DNA of 63,864 nt, filler included, from Octopus bimaculoides (GCF_001194135.2; 6 parts of 6 records of this genome joined end to end with filler, not necessarily neighbours in it); one strand, 5' to 3'. Positions 1 through 11,229 are shown, counted from the whole stretch's first letter. Notes: a model not told the origin generated them from the sequence alone. Translations and numbers: made by a program.

Positions 1-288
1 AGGATTTTCGAGCGAGATCGTTGCCAGTGCCCCTGGACTGGCTTGTGCGGGTGGCACATAAAAGACACCATTTCGAGCGTGGCCGTTTTCGTGCGGGTGA
101 CACGTAAAAGCACCCACTACACTCTCTGAGTGGTTGGCGTTAGGAAGGGCATCCAGCTGTAGAAACTCTGCCAAATCAGACTGGAGCCTGGTGTTGCCAT
201 CCGGTTTCACCAGTCCTCAGTCAAATCGTCCAACCCATGCTAGCATGGAAAGCGGACGTTAAACGATGATGATGATGATGATGATGAT
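1..288 (+). mobile_element. RTE-tailed SINE (3' part), young copy with (GAT)n tail
   Basis: Ends ...CCAACCCATGCTAGCATGGAAAGCGGACGTTAAACGATGATGATG; near-identical to 19404-19715 and, inverted, to 9629-9780; tail homologous to the RTE 3' ends near 2070 and 15893. Confidence 0.85.
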
Positions 289-1234
289 ATATATATATAT
301 ATACACATACATATATATGTACACATCTATATACAAATATAAATATATATATACACTCACATGTATCTGTATACTTACACACACATGTGCATGCAGGTGT
401 GTGAGAGACAGAGAGAGAGAGACTGAAGGGAATCTACTATTTAGAGAACAAGACATCAAAGTGAAGCACACCACATTTGATGGCTTGTCTGTACAACATA
501 AATCAACTGATAAACAATCCATTCTGTTAGTAAAGTGTTAATCAATAAAAGAAAATTCACTGTTGTTTGGCAATCCACAAACCTAACAATATCCAAAATA
601 GAATGGAACTTTCAGCGTGACATAATGTGATAATATAATGACAGAGAAATAAATTATATGGTCTCACTACAATGTTTCATTAGGATATTTTATTATGATG
701 TAACATCATACATTCGGTTATGTAGTAAGACATGCAACATCCATAAGATTATGCAAAACAACATTATATAATAACCATAAATCATCAGGCAACAACATGC
801 AGGTGAATATTTGACAGGTTGCTTAACCAGCAGGTTCAATAACACATGTACTCCCAGAGAAAGAATATCGAACAGTTCAATATAGAAGTAGGTGAAAGGA
901 TAATCTGCCAATCAGAAATTGTAGGTAGTGCAACTAGACTGTCAAATAAAGATAGATATCCTAAATAGAATCCTCAAGCAAGAAGATTTGGTGGAAGATA
1001 GAGTTATTGTACAAGAAAAGTTGAATGGCATATTTTATTTTCAACTGTCTTCAAATCTACTGACTTGAGTCTAACAGTATGAATTCCTTATCATAGAGAC
1101 CAGCACCAAGTTTAAAATTGAACCCATCTATTCTTTGAAGTAATCAGCTGACACATCCATAAAGGGACTATATATTAAATTTATTTTATTGCATAGCATT
1201 GTTATGACAGAGAGATGGATAAAATTGGTACCAT

Positions 1235-1330
1235 CCCTCAGTGGAATTTGAACTTAGAATGTAAAGATGGACAAAATGTCACTAAGCATTTTGACGAGCA
1301 TGCTAGCGCTTCTGCTAGCTCACCGCCTTT
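1235..1330 (-). mobile_element. tRNA-head SINE fragment (family A, 5' part)
   Basis: Reverse complement reads GGCGGTGAGCTAGCAGAAGCGCTAGC...AAGTTCAAATTCCAC, with A/B-box-like motifs matching the head of copies at 9257 and 37270. Confidence 0.7.
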
Positions 1331-1649
1331 ACAAAGACAATAATTTTAAATGGATAAAAAAACATAAAATGTGTTAAATTAACATAGTAACAGAAAAGAT
1401 ATGACTGCCAACATAAGACTCACACAGATATAATCAAGAATAAATGAAAATTAAGCCTATATCGGTAGTTATAAGTTTTAAAATTGATATCCAATTCATA
1501 ATATATAAATTTTACTTTAGCTTAAAGCCAGAAAATGAGAACCAGCTTTTTAAATAGGTAATTTGAAGTTATGAAGACACCTTTAGACAATATTCTCAAT
1601 ACTATTATAAAAGGTGGCTAGTAACAATTGCTGGTTAACTTGTAATCAG

Positions 1650-1895
1650 CATGGGAAGGTTAAAAGCTTCGTTGAGGAATCTGAGAGGAGCAAGTTGTTG
1701 TTACATCGAAGGCATCGCACTAAAAAAGAGGGTTAGAAAGTGCGCAAAGCGCTTTAAGTACTGGTTTTACTATGCATGCACACTTGAGGGGCTTCCGGGA
1801 AGGCAAGTCCCTTGCACATGCGTAGATTGTACTTCCTTAATGGCGGCCATAATTTCACGCCACTACACTATAATACAGTCTATATACAGCTGGTA
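1650..1895 (+). promoter_or_regulatory. CpG-retaining promoter-like island with possible first coding exon (MAAIISRHYTIIQSIYS...)
   Basis: Locally CpG-rich; TTCCGGGAA at 1793-1801, TGCACATGCG at 1813, ATGGCGGCCAT at 1840 (YY1-like, overlapping an ATG), candidate donor TG|GTAACA at 1892/1893. Confidence 0.3.
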
Positions 1896-2066
1896 ACAAA
1901 AATTACACTTTTACTGAGATCCAAAAACTCCAAAGAAACTGAGATTAGTGACAATGGAATTAACAAATATGGTTCCAGTATGTGCAAGATTAGGGTTAGG
2001 GTTAGGACCACTTATGGTTCTTGAAAGTTTTGTTCTCAAATAGCTGACACATCCAGTATATATACA

Positions 2067-3160
2067 CATCCTCATTATCGTCATCATTTAATGTCCGCTG
2101 TCCATGCTGGCATGAGTTACATGGTTTGACCAGGGCTGGCATGCTGGAAAGCTACAACAGACTCCAGTCTGGCTTGGCAGGGTTTCTACAGCTGGATGCC
2201 CTTCCTAACACCAACCACTTCGAGAGTGCAATGGGTGCTTTTATGTGCCACCAGCATGGGTGCCATTTGCATGACACCACCATCTTCCATGACTGCAATT
2301 TTACTTCTCAAGCGTGACATAATGCCAAAGGTCTTGGTCATTCATCGTTGCCTCTGTGAGGTCCAACGCTTGAAAAGAACTTTCCACGTACAATCTGCAT
2401 CATTCACTTTGCCTTTGTAAAGCCCAATTCTCGAAAGGTGCTTTTTATGTGCCACCAGCATAGGTGCCAGTTACGTGACACCAGCATTTGTCACAACTAT
2501 GATTTCAGTTGGCTTGATGGGTCTTCTCAAGCACAGCATATCACCAAAGGTCTTGGTCACTAGTCATTGCCTCAGTGAGGCCTAAAGTTCAAAGATCATG
2601 CTTCACCACCATGTCCCATGTCTTACTAGGTCTACCTCTAGCATGAGTTCCCTCTACTGTTAGAGATCAGCACTTCTTCGCACAGTTGTCCTCATCCATA
2701 CACATCACATGACCATACCGGTGCAGTCGTCTCTCTTGCATGCAGTATCTGATGCCTCTTATTCCCATTTTTCTCTCAAAACGCTTACACTTTGTCGAAT
2801 ATGCACACTGACATTGCACATCCAGCAAAGCATACTGACTTCATTTCTTTCAAGCCTACACATGTCCTTGACTGTCACAGCCCATGTTTCAGTGCCATGT
2901 AGCATAGTTGTTCACACAGATATCATACAATCTGCCTTTCACTCTAAGAGAAAGGCTCTATGCTGCCAGCAGCGGTAGGAGCTCTCAGAACTTTGCATAA
3001 CCTATTATTATTCTCACAGCTATGCTCTTAGAGCATCCACCTCTGCTACTAATTTGGCTACCTAGATAACGGAAGCTATCTACTGCCTCTAGCTTACCCC
3101 AATGGCAGTTGATTGAGTCTATTTTCTGTACATTTTCAGTGTTTATTATACCTGTGCATC
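2067..3160 (-). mobile_element. RTE-clade LINE, degraded 3' portion, cut by gap
   Basis: Minus frames give GKLEAVDSFRYLGSQISSRGGCSKSIAVRI and further RT C-terminal remnants, then a 3' UTR with (GAT)-like tail; stops and frameshifts. Confidence 0.85.
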
Positions 3161-3492
3161 NNNNNNNNNNNNNNNNNNNNNNNNNNNNNNNNNNNNNNNN
3201 NNNNNNNNNNNNNNNNNNNNNNNNNNNNNNNNNNNNNNNNNNNNNNNNNNNNNNNNNNNNNNNNNNNNNNNNNNNNNNNNNNNNNNNNNNNNNNNNNNNN
3301 NNNNNNNNNNNNNNNNNNNNNNNNNNNNNNNNNNNNNNNNNNNNNNNNNNNNNNNNNNNNNNNNNNNNNNNNNNNNNNNNNNNNNNNNNNNNNNNNNNNN
3401 NNNNNNNNNNNNNNNNNNNNNNNNNNNNNNNNNNNNNNNNNNNNNNNNNNNNNNNNNNNNNNNNNNNATATATATATATATATATATATATA

Positions 3493-4094
3493 AATGTGTA
3501 ACAAAGATGTACAGGTGTCAATTCATTATGGCCTATTAATGAAAATATTAATGAAAACATTATATCATTTGAAAGAAACTGTTCTTGTCAGATAACTGCA
3601 TAGACTTCAAACATAAAGGATAAAACCATTGCTTTAACACATCACATCAATAATGGCACTCAAAATATTTACATTGTTTCTGTTGTCGTATCTCTGGCAG
3701 AATGTGTTTAGAAAGTAATGCATACCTTGTCAAGTCTACTATGATTTAGAGAGTAGCAGAGGAGATAGTTACTACTAGGTCACCACTTTTTTTATTCTTT
3801 CCCCAATTATTTCTTCTGATACTCTCTAAATTATAGTAGACTTGACAAAGTATGCATTACTTTCTAAACTCATTCTGACAGAGATATGGCAACAGAAACA
3901 TTGCAAATATTTTGAGCTCCATTATTGATGTGAATATGTTAGAGCAGTGGTTTTTATCCATTATGTTTGAAGTCTATGTGGTCATCTGAAGAGAACGGTT
4001 TCTTTCAAATGAGGTAATGTCTTCATTAAACAATTAAAGGAGTCACTTGAAATGGCTGTAATGAATTGACACATGTACATCTTTGTTACTCAGT
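3493..4094. mobile_element. ~600 bp foldback / long-TIR MITE
   Basis: Left arm (3493-~3770) is the imperfect reverse complement of the right arm (~3820-4094), e.g. GTAACAAAGATGTACA..GTGTCAATTCATTA vs TAATGAATTGACAC..TGTACATCTTTGTTAC; ~50 nt spacer; TA-rich flanks. Confidence 0.85.
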
Positions 4095-4476
4095 TATATT
4101 TTAATCACCTACCTTGGAATCTACACTTCAGAAATACTATAGAAAGTATCTTTATATAAAGTATACGTCTGAACAATCGAGAGTAGATCTCTTCACTCAG
4201 CTGGGTTGCATTGTCTGCACACATGACAGGAATATCAGGTGCAAACTCTCCTGCACAGAGTTTTGATATTCAATATGCAGTTAATATTGTTTGGGTGTGC
4301 GGATTATACCGACCTAACAAGGTGTCTCAATTTAAGTATCTAATTCAACGGAATCTTAATTATATATANNNNNNNNNNNNNNNNNNNNNNNNNNNNNNNN
4401 NNNNNNNNNNNNNNNNNNNNNNNNNNNNNNNNNNNNNNNNNNNNNNNNNNNNNNNNNNNNNNNNNNNNTAAAACTA

Positions 4477-4509
<33 letters not shown>

Positions 4510-4529
4510 CAGCCCCTCCCCCACACATA

Positions 4530-4965
4530 CACACTGTGATCAAAAGTATCCAGACACCCACCTCATAATGAAGTACAAGTTTAGACCACCCTCCATCAGC
4601 AACACTGACATTCAACATGGTGTTGGCCCACTCTTAGCCTTGATGACAGCCTCCACTCTTGCAGGTATACTTTCAGTCAAGTGGCAGAAGGTTTCCTGGG
4701 GAATGGCAGCTCATTCATTGTGGAGTGCCAAAATGAGCAAGAATATCAATGTGGGTTGGTGTGGTCTAGCATGAAGTCGGCATTTCAAAATATCTGAGAT
4801 GTTCGATGGGATTTAAATCAGAACTCTGCACTGGCCAGTCCATTAGTGGGATGTTGTCGTCATCAAACTATTCTCCTACAACCCTGGCAGTATGGACAGG
4901 TGCTCGGTCATGTTGAAAGATACGATGGACATCCCTGAACTGGTCTTTGACAGCTAGGTCCACTG
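4530..4965 (-). mobile_element. Tc1-type (DD34E-like) transposon, 3' half with one TIR
   Basis: Minus frame FQHDRAPVHTARVVGE*FDDDNIPLMDWPVQSSDLNPIEH matches the Tc1 FQ.DN.P.H and WP.QSPDLNPIE motifs; TIR-like CACTGTGATCAAAAGTATCCAGACACC at ~4532. Confidence 0.85.
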
Positions 4966-4967
4966 TT

Positions 4968-5345
4968 TCTGATGATAGCCGATGTGGCACATGCCAATTC
5001 ATACATACTGGCCAATATATGAACACAAAAGCTGGAAAAATACTCAAAATTGCAAATATGAACTGCAAAAGCAGAAATTTAATTTACTGCATCAAATGCC
5101 TGAATTGTGAAGAACTATTTGTGGGTCAGAGTGAAAATGCACTATCAGAACGTTCACGCATGCACCGACAGCAAATTAGAGATGTAGATGTCCATCAGAT
5201 ACCTTTAAGTAACCATCTAGCAACATGTGGTTAGAAAATATTTATATTTCCATTCCACAAGCTACACAGTCCAAGTGAAATAGAGAGAAAACTCAGAGAA
5301 ATTAACTTTATTGATAAATTCCAATGCAAGCTAAATAAACAATAA
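4968..5345 (+). mobile_element. Penelope-like element, GIY-YIG endonuclease remnant
   Basis: RCGTCQFIHTG...NCKSRNLIYCIKCLNCEELFVGQSENALSERSRMHRQQI...*KIFIFPFHKL...ERKLREINFIDKF; Cys-rich PLE-type GIY-YIG pattern with one internal stop at 5232. Confidence 0.8.
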
Positions 5346-5482
5346 TAATAATACTTAGAGGTACTATTTCTACTACTACGGCCACTAACACTAACAACAA
5401 CAATACTAAAGGTACTCATTATGATGATAGCAGGAAAATACTAGCTAAGTCAAGAGAAAAGTCAGTAAAAATAATCTTATTT

Positions 5483-5656
5483 AGAGTTGTGCTTTAATAT
5501 GTGAAGTGCCTCCTTCAGGCAAAATTTACAGGTTGAGCGTTGACCTCGATAGGGAGGCCCTGAGTCCAATATGGACCATGATAGAGTATAGGATATATTT
5601 GCATTTTTTGCAAACTTTGCCTGAAGTAGGCACTCCACATATTAAAGCACAACTCT
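5483..5656. repeat. 45-bp inverted repeat hairpin / mini-MITE
   Basis: Arms 5483-5527 and 5612-5656 are reverse complements with 3 mismatches. Confidence 0.8.
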
Positions 5657-6641
5657 CCAGCTCTGCCAAATAAACATAATGAGGCACTAAACACATACAA
5701 TCACCGCTTTTTTCAAACATTCAAATTCTACCACAAATCCAAATGCCAAAATGACCATACAGTACATTTCCACAATACCCCTTAGATAATCCCTATGACC
5801 TTATAAATCTATATTTTAACTTCTAGCCCCTATCTAACCCCTCAGTTATACTCATACTAGAATTTCACAACCATCTAATTATATTTGCGTGTGTGCGCAT
5901 CCATGCATATGTGCATGTATATGTGAGTGTGCATGTCTATGCGCATACGTATGTATGTGTCTATATGTGGATGTATGTATGTATATAAGGTATATATACA
6001 TGCGTATACAGGGGTGATAAGACATACAGATACAGATATATGTGGGTGGGCATGTATCCACATACATATGACACTCCTTAAATCTTTATATATCTCTCTC
6101 CATAATCCCCCATTCCCTCTATCTTTCTACACTCTAATATCTTTCTCTCTCTTTCACCCTTATCCTCCCGTTTCTACCTTATTATATTCACTGACCATTC
6201 TGGTAGACTTTCCCTTATCTCTATTTTTTGTATTCCTTTTATTATTTTCTTCTTCCTTTTTCTTCTATTTCTCTTCACTTTTTTTCTTTTCCTTTATTCC
6301 TCTCTTCCTGTTTTCAATTTGACCCTATTAATACATCCCCTGCTTTTAGGTCACTTTAAACAGAACCCTTTATTCAATAACACTGTGTATAAACTCTGCA
6401 TTTGGAATGACCAATTTCAAAGACTGTTGGATTTTACTCATAGGGAATTGTAATCTAAATGATGGATTTACAAAGGCAACGACCAATCTTAAAGACTATT
6501 GGATTTCACTCACAAGGTATTGCTCGTATGTATACCATTGTGCCTAAACAGTGGATTTACAAATACAATATCCCTACATTCACTCTCTATTTCCTATCTT
6601 AAGTAAACTAACTATTGCTTAAACATCCTCTCACACCACCT

Positions 6642-6681
6642 CCGATGAAGGGATATAATAAATATCCTGGAAACAGCTGTA
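6642..6681 (+). ncRNA. degenerate minimal hammerhead-ribozyme-like motif (PLE type)
   Basis: C(C)GATGA-A-GGGATAT-aataa-ATATCCT-G-GAAAC-AGCT-GTA: core with U4>C, 7-bp stem II, palindromic stem III loop, GUA site; stem I poor. Confidence 0.4.
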
Positions 6682-6751
6682 CGACCTTCTATTTATAAAT
6701 GTTCTATATTATACACAGCCTTGGGTTTTTTTTTATCTCATTACGAAATCC

Positions 6752-6783
<32 letters not shown>

Positions 6784-6890
6784 GTAATCTTCAAGTTTAG
6801 GGAGGTAAAAAAAAGTAAATAAAAATAATTAAAATACAAGGGAAATAACTTAACGTCTCGAAGATTACGTATGTATGTATACATACATAC

Positions 6891-6926
<36 letters not shown>

Positions 6927-7445
6927 NNNNNNNNNNNNNNNNNNNNNNNNNNNNNNNNNNNNNNNNNNNNNNNNNNNNNNNNNNNNNNNNNNNNNNNNNN
7001 NNNNNNNNNNNNNNNNNNNNNNNNNNNNNNNNNNNNNNNNNNNNNNNNNNNNNNNNNNNNNNNNNNNNNNNNNNNNNNNNNNNNNNNNNNNNNNNNNNNN
7101 NNNNNNNNNNNNNNNNNNNNNNNNNNNNNNNNNNNNNNNNNNNNNNNNNNNNNNNNNNNNNNNNNNNNNNNNNNNNNNNNNNNNNNNNNNNNNNNNNNNN
7201 NNNNNNNNNNNNNNNNTAGCTTTGAAAGTTGCATTCCCTCGCGATCGGTAAAAATGTGCTTATTTTGGTAGTTTTGACTTATGGAGTCCTTCTAAGTGTG
7301 AGGCATTATTGTATAGTAATGCCCTTATATAAATTAAATTATATATATTTATGGAAAAAAATTATGGTTTTTTTTTTTTCCTTATGAGGATTTTCGCGCT
7401 AACTACTTGATAAATTCTTATAAAGATTTTATCCTAACATTATAT

Positions 7446-7496
<51 letters not shown>

Positions 7497-7934
7497 GAGA
7501 GAGAGAGACGGTCGCATATATTCATGATACTGACTTAATTATATCCCTGAGACATACAGGGAATAAATATGTGAACGGGCTTTTCTCCCAAACAAAAACG
7601 TTATCATTAAAGGGAGGTCACTCTGTTTCCTAAGTAGTTTCCCTTGAAAGCTTCATTTTCTTTTGAGTTTGAGACTAAATTTGATTAAATAGGTTAAAGA
7701 CGCTCGAGCCAGGGCCGTCGTGCCCTTTAATTACCCAAAATGTTATTGTTCAATGTATCCTTTCTAAGGTTGTGACCTGGGATAGATTTTGCTGTAGTTT
7801 AAGTTCCTTCGCAGGCTCGATAGTACTTTATTGTCATTTCAAACAAACGAGAGCATTATGGTAGTTTCTCACCCTGCTAGAATCAACTGCCAAATTTCCA
7901 TCAAACCATATCCTTACAGCATAATAAAGGAAGG

Positions 7935-8048
7935 TGGCGAAGGTAAAGAATATGCACACCACCCGTTTTCGGCGTTTAGGGTTACGGTAACGGTTAAGAT
8001 TAAGGTCACGTCCAAAACGGGTGGTGTGCGTATTCTTTACCTCCGCCA
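7935..8048. mobile_element. mini-MITE with ~36-bp TIRs and degenerate TTAGGG-like spacer
   Basis: TGGCGAAGGTAAAGAATATGCACACCACCCGTTTT ... AAAACGGGTGGTGTGCGTATTCTTTACCTCCGCCA; spacer contains TTTAGGGTTACGGTAACGGTTAAGATTAAGG. Confidence 0.75.
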
Positions 8049-8322
8049 GAAATGTCATACTGGTTAATGTAATCCTAGACTGTCTGTAATCTACACAGAA
8101 AATGGAATGTTCACAAGTGGAACCCGTTCGCTTGATCAAGGCTGACCTGAGGCTAAGCAATAATTTAAACTATTCTGGGGAGAACAAGGGATGCTGTAAA
8201 TATATAACTGGCAAGGTCTGAGTGCACGTTCTCCTATGTATCTGCACTACTCTGCAATCATTCACACTGGCTCTGTAAGACTAATTTTGATTTTTTTTTT
8301 TATAGCTTTCTTTTATCCCTAA

Positions 8323-8525
8323 CATCATCATCATCATCATCATCAACATTTAACGCCGTTTTCCACACTGGTATGGATTGGATGGTTTGACAGGAACTAG
8401 CAAGGCCAGGGGCCACTGGCTTTCATAGTCTATTTTGGCTTGGTTTCTATAGCTGGACGCTCTTCCTAGCACCAACCACTCCACAGAGTGTACTGGTTGC
8501 TTTTTACATGGCACCAGCATACACC
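8323..8525 (-). mobile_element. RTE-tailed SINE, older copy
   Basis: (CAT)n followed by TTTAACGCCGTTTTCC...CTATAGCTGGACGCTCTTCCTAGCACCAACCACTCC, homologous to the reverse complement of 1-288. Confidence 0.75.
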
Positions 8526-9256
8526 AATAATATTTTACAAGTGTCAAAAATAACCAGTAAACTGTCAACTCATTACATTATTAAATTCAGTAAATTGTAT
8601 TTCATTTGGATATTTGGTCTTGCAGTTTGTGGCCATCAGCATGGATGCATGGCTAAAATATATCACTACACCACTACTTTGTTTTAGGTTCAAAAGCCTT
8701 GTGCAACATCTTGGCCAAGTACCTTCTATTGTAGACTCAGAGGAACTGAAGTCTTGTATATGAAATTTTGTAGATGGAAACTACATACAAAGCTCATCGA
8801 GTTTTAAACTTAATATAGCATCATGTTTAGCATCCACCACTTGGCACTTGTCATCAGAGGATAACTTCCTTTTCTCTCCCTTTCACTCTTCCACCAGTTT
8901 TAGAGGTTCTAAAAGGATCAAAAATACTACCCTTCTTCCTCAGGTTAACCCATTATAAAAAAAGAAAATGAAATAAACAAACATGAGATTCTTATTTGAA
9001 AACTATTTGACTGAACTCTATGCTTGAAACTTAATATATGAAACTGAACTTATGCTTCTTAAACTCTTGGGTAAAGCACAAGTGTTACAGTATTCTGTTT
9101 CTCTTCTATTAAAGGCTTTATGCTTTTAGTTAATAAAATTAGTATAATTGGTGAAATATTATCAGAATGTTTAAAGGTATACAGTCTCAGGCCTGGCTTA
9201 AAAATAGTGGTGTCTTTAGAACAGACAAGCAAACAATAATATAATGACTTGAGTCA

Positions 9257-9470
9257 AGGCAATGAGCAGACAGAATCATTAACATGCTGTGTGAAATCCT
9301 CAGTGGCATTTTGTCCATCTTCACATTCTGAGTTCAGATTCTGCTGAGGTCCACTTTGCCTTTCATCCTTTTGGGGTCAATAAAATAAGTACCCAGTGAG
9401 TACTGGGGTTGATGTAATCAACTTACTTCTTCCTCTAAAATTGCTGGCCTTGAGCCAAAGTTTGAAAACA
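9257..9470 (+). mobile_element. tRNA-head SINE family A, CpG-decayed copy
   Basis: Head, B-box GAGTTCAGATTC and central GCCTTTCATCCTTTTGGGGTCAATAAAATAAGTACC; CpGs replaced by TG/CA relative to the copies at 37270 and 46190. Confidence 0.8.
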
Positions 9471-9628
9471 ATATAATGACCTGAGTCCTTTAGTTATTAT
9501 TTTTCTTGTATTTACTTTATTTGATACTAGCAGTAATACCCATCGTTAATTGGGTAATTACTTTTGCTCTTTCTCGGGAGCCACATTCAAAGTGTCATTA
9601 TATATAGAGAAAGATTTACTCCTCCTGT

Positions 9629-9780
9629 ATCATCATCATCATCATCATCGTTTAACGTCCGCTTTCCATGCTAGCATGGGTTGGACGACTTGACTGAGGA
9701 CTGGTGAAACCGGATGGCAACACCAGGCTCCAATCTAAATTTGGCAGAGTTTCTACAGCTGGATGCCCTTCCTAACGCCA
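9629..9780 (-). mobile_element. RTE-tailed SINE, young 3' fragment
   Basis: Near-exact reverse complement of ~135-285. Confidence 0.85.
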
Positions 9781-10177
9781 GAAGAAAAAAACATGTTATA
9801 ATTGAAGTAGAAAAAAGGTCAATTTCATACACGAGCTTCTGTTTGTTTATTATATGACAATAATAAGTGAGTTGTATGTGTTATTTATATATCAATACAG
9901 TCATGACAATTATATAATACACAAGGCTTTGGTTGGCACAGAGCTGTAATGAAAGGGAATTGACCAATGTGCCGCACAGTGGGGCTGAACCCAAGGCAAC
10001 ATAGTTGGAAAGCAAGTTTCTCAATCATGCAACCACACCTATAAAGGAGAGACACGTTTTGGATAATATATTCCTTGATACAATATGCTTAACAAAAAGA
10101 TGGGATGTTTATGGTGAGAAGACCTTTGATTTTAATATTTACTCAAGTAATGCAACAACTAACAATGCTACACTATA

Positions 10178-10653
10178 CAGGGTGTTCCAGAATTAACTAT
10201 GTTTCAATGAAATTGAGCAAAATTTTAAAAGAAACTGACAGAATTTTATGTTTATTACCAAAACAAATAGATTTATAAATCTTACGTCAAACTTTTATTG
10301 AAAATTTTCAATGTCTGTAACCCTGCATACTTCAAATCTCTCCTTAGTATCGTGAAACACATTTTGAAGCATTTCAGGAGTTAGCTCCTGCACTGCAAAC
10401 TGAATGCATTCTTTAAGCTCAGCTAAATGATTGCTCCATCTTGGGGATGGAGGTAAAGAAAATGACTGCAGCCATATTGGGAAAAAGCTGTCATAGACAA
10501 ATAAGAGGGGTCCAACAGGAATGAAAATGAAATTATAAACAATTCAAAATCACTTTTAACACATATTAAACATGATAAACATAAATAAAAGTGAGTTTAA
10601 AAATAAAATGCATCCGATTTCACTCAAATCATCATTAATTCTGGGACATCCTG
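10178..10653 (-). mobile_element. Tc1/mariner internal-deletion derivative with CAGGGTG-type TIRs and TA TSD
   Basis: TA|CAGGGTGTTCCAGAATTAA ... TTAATTCTGGGACATCCTG|TA; minus remnant ELKECIQFAVQELTPEMLQNVFHDTKERFEVC resembles a transposase C-terminus. Confidence 0.8.
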
Positions 10654-11229
10654 TATTTAGCTTGTCCGACTAAATGGGGGAGGGAACACAGGGGAAACTT
10701 ATTACAGGTGGCAAGTGTAGCTTCCGGAAGTGGTCACACAGTCAAACCCAAATGGCTGTGAGTCACAACAGCTGTTTGTTTTTTGTATGAACATTTTGCA
10801 TTATATAGTTCAGACATGGATGACATAGAAAGCAGACATGCTTTCAGGCCATGCTGTGTTGCACAGGATTGGAAACATGAAACATCAACAGGGCACTTTT
10901 GGAGAATGGATGAATGGGTTTGTTGTGCCTTTACTCAGCCATACTCATACGCACATGGCCCAGTGGTGCACAGGATGGTAACATGAGACATCAACATGGT
11001 GCCAACAAAAATTTTAATGTTCTCATTTCCTCTCCCAAACTGGACACAAAGATTTTCATGAAATATTATACACTATTTATGATGCATAAGTAGTGTCAAT
11101 ATTTTATCATAGGAAAATGGCCTAAAACAAAGACAAAACCCATAGTCGGCGTTGAAAATTTTTTTTAGTCAACAGCAATTTGAGGAGCCTGATTAATGTC
11201 TGTTGCAAATTTGGAGGAAAGTGACTGAA

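Noticed and set aside
8830-8975. Strong minus-strand polypyrimidine tract and short ORF (also ~18990-19130)
   Set aside because: The two sites resemble each other and hit stops quickly; more likely a dispersed repeat than exons
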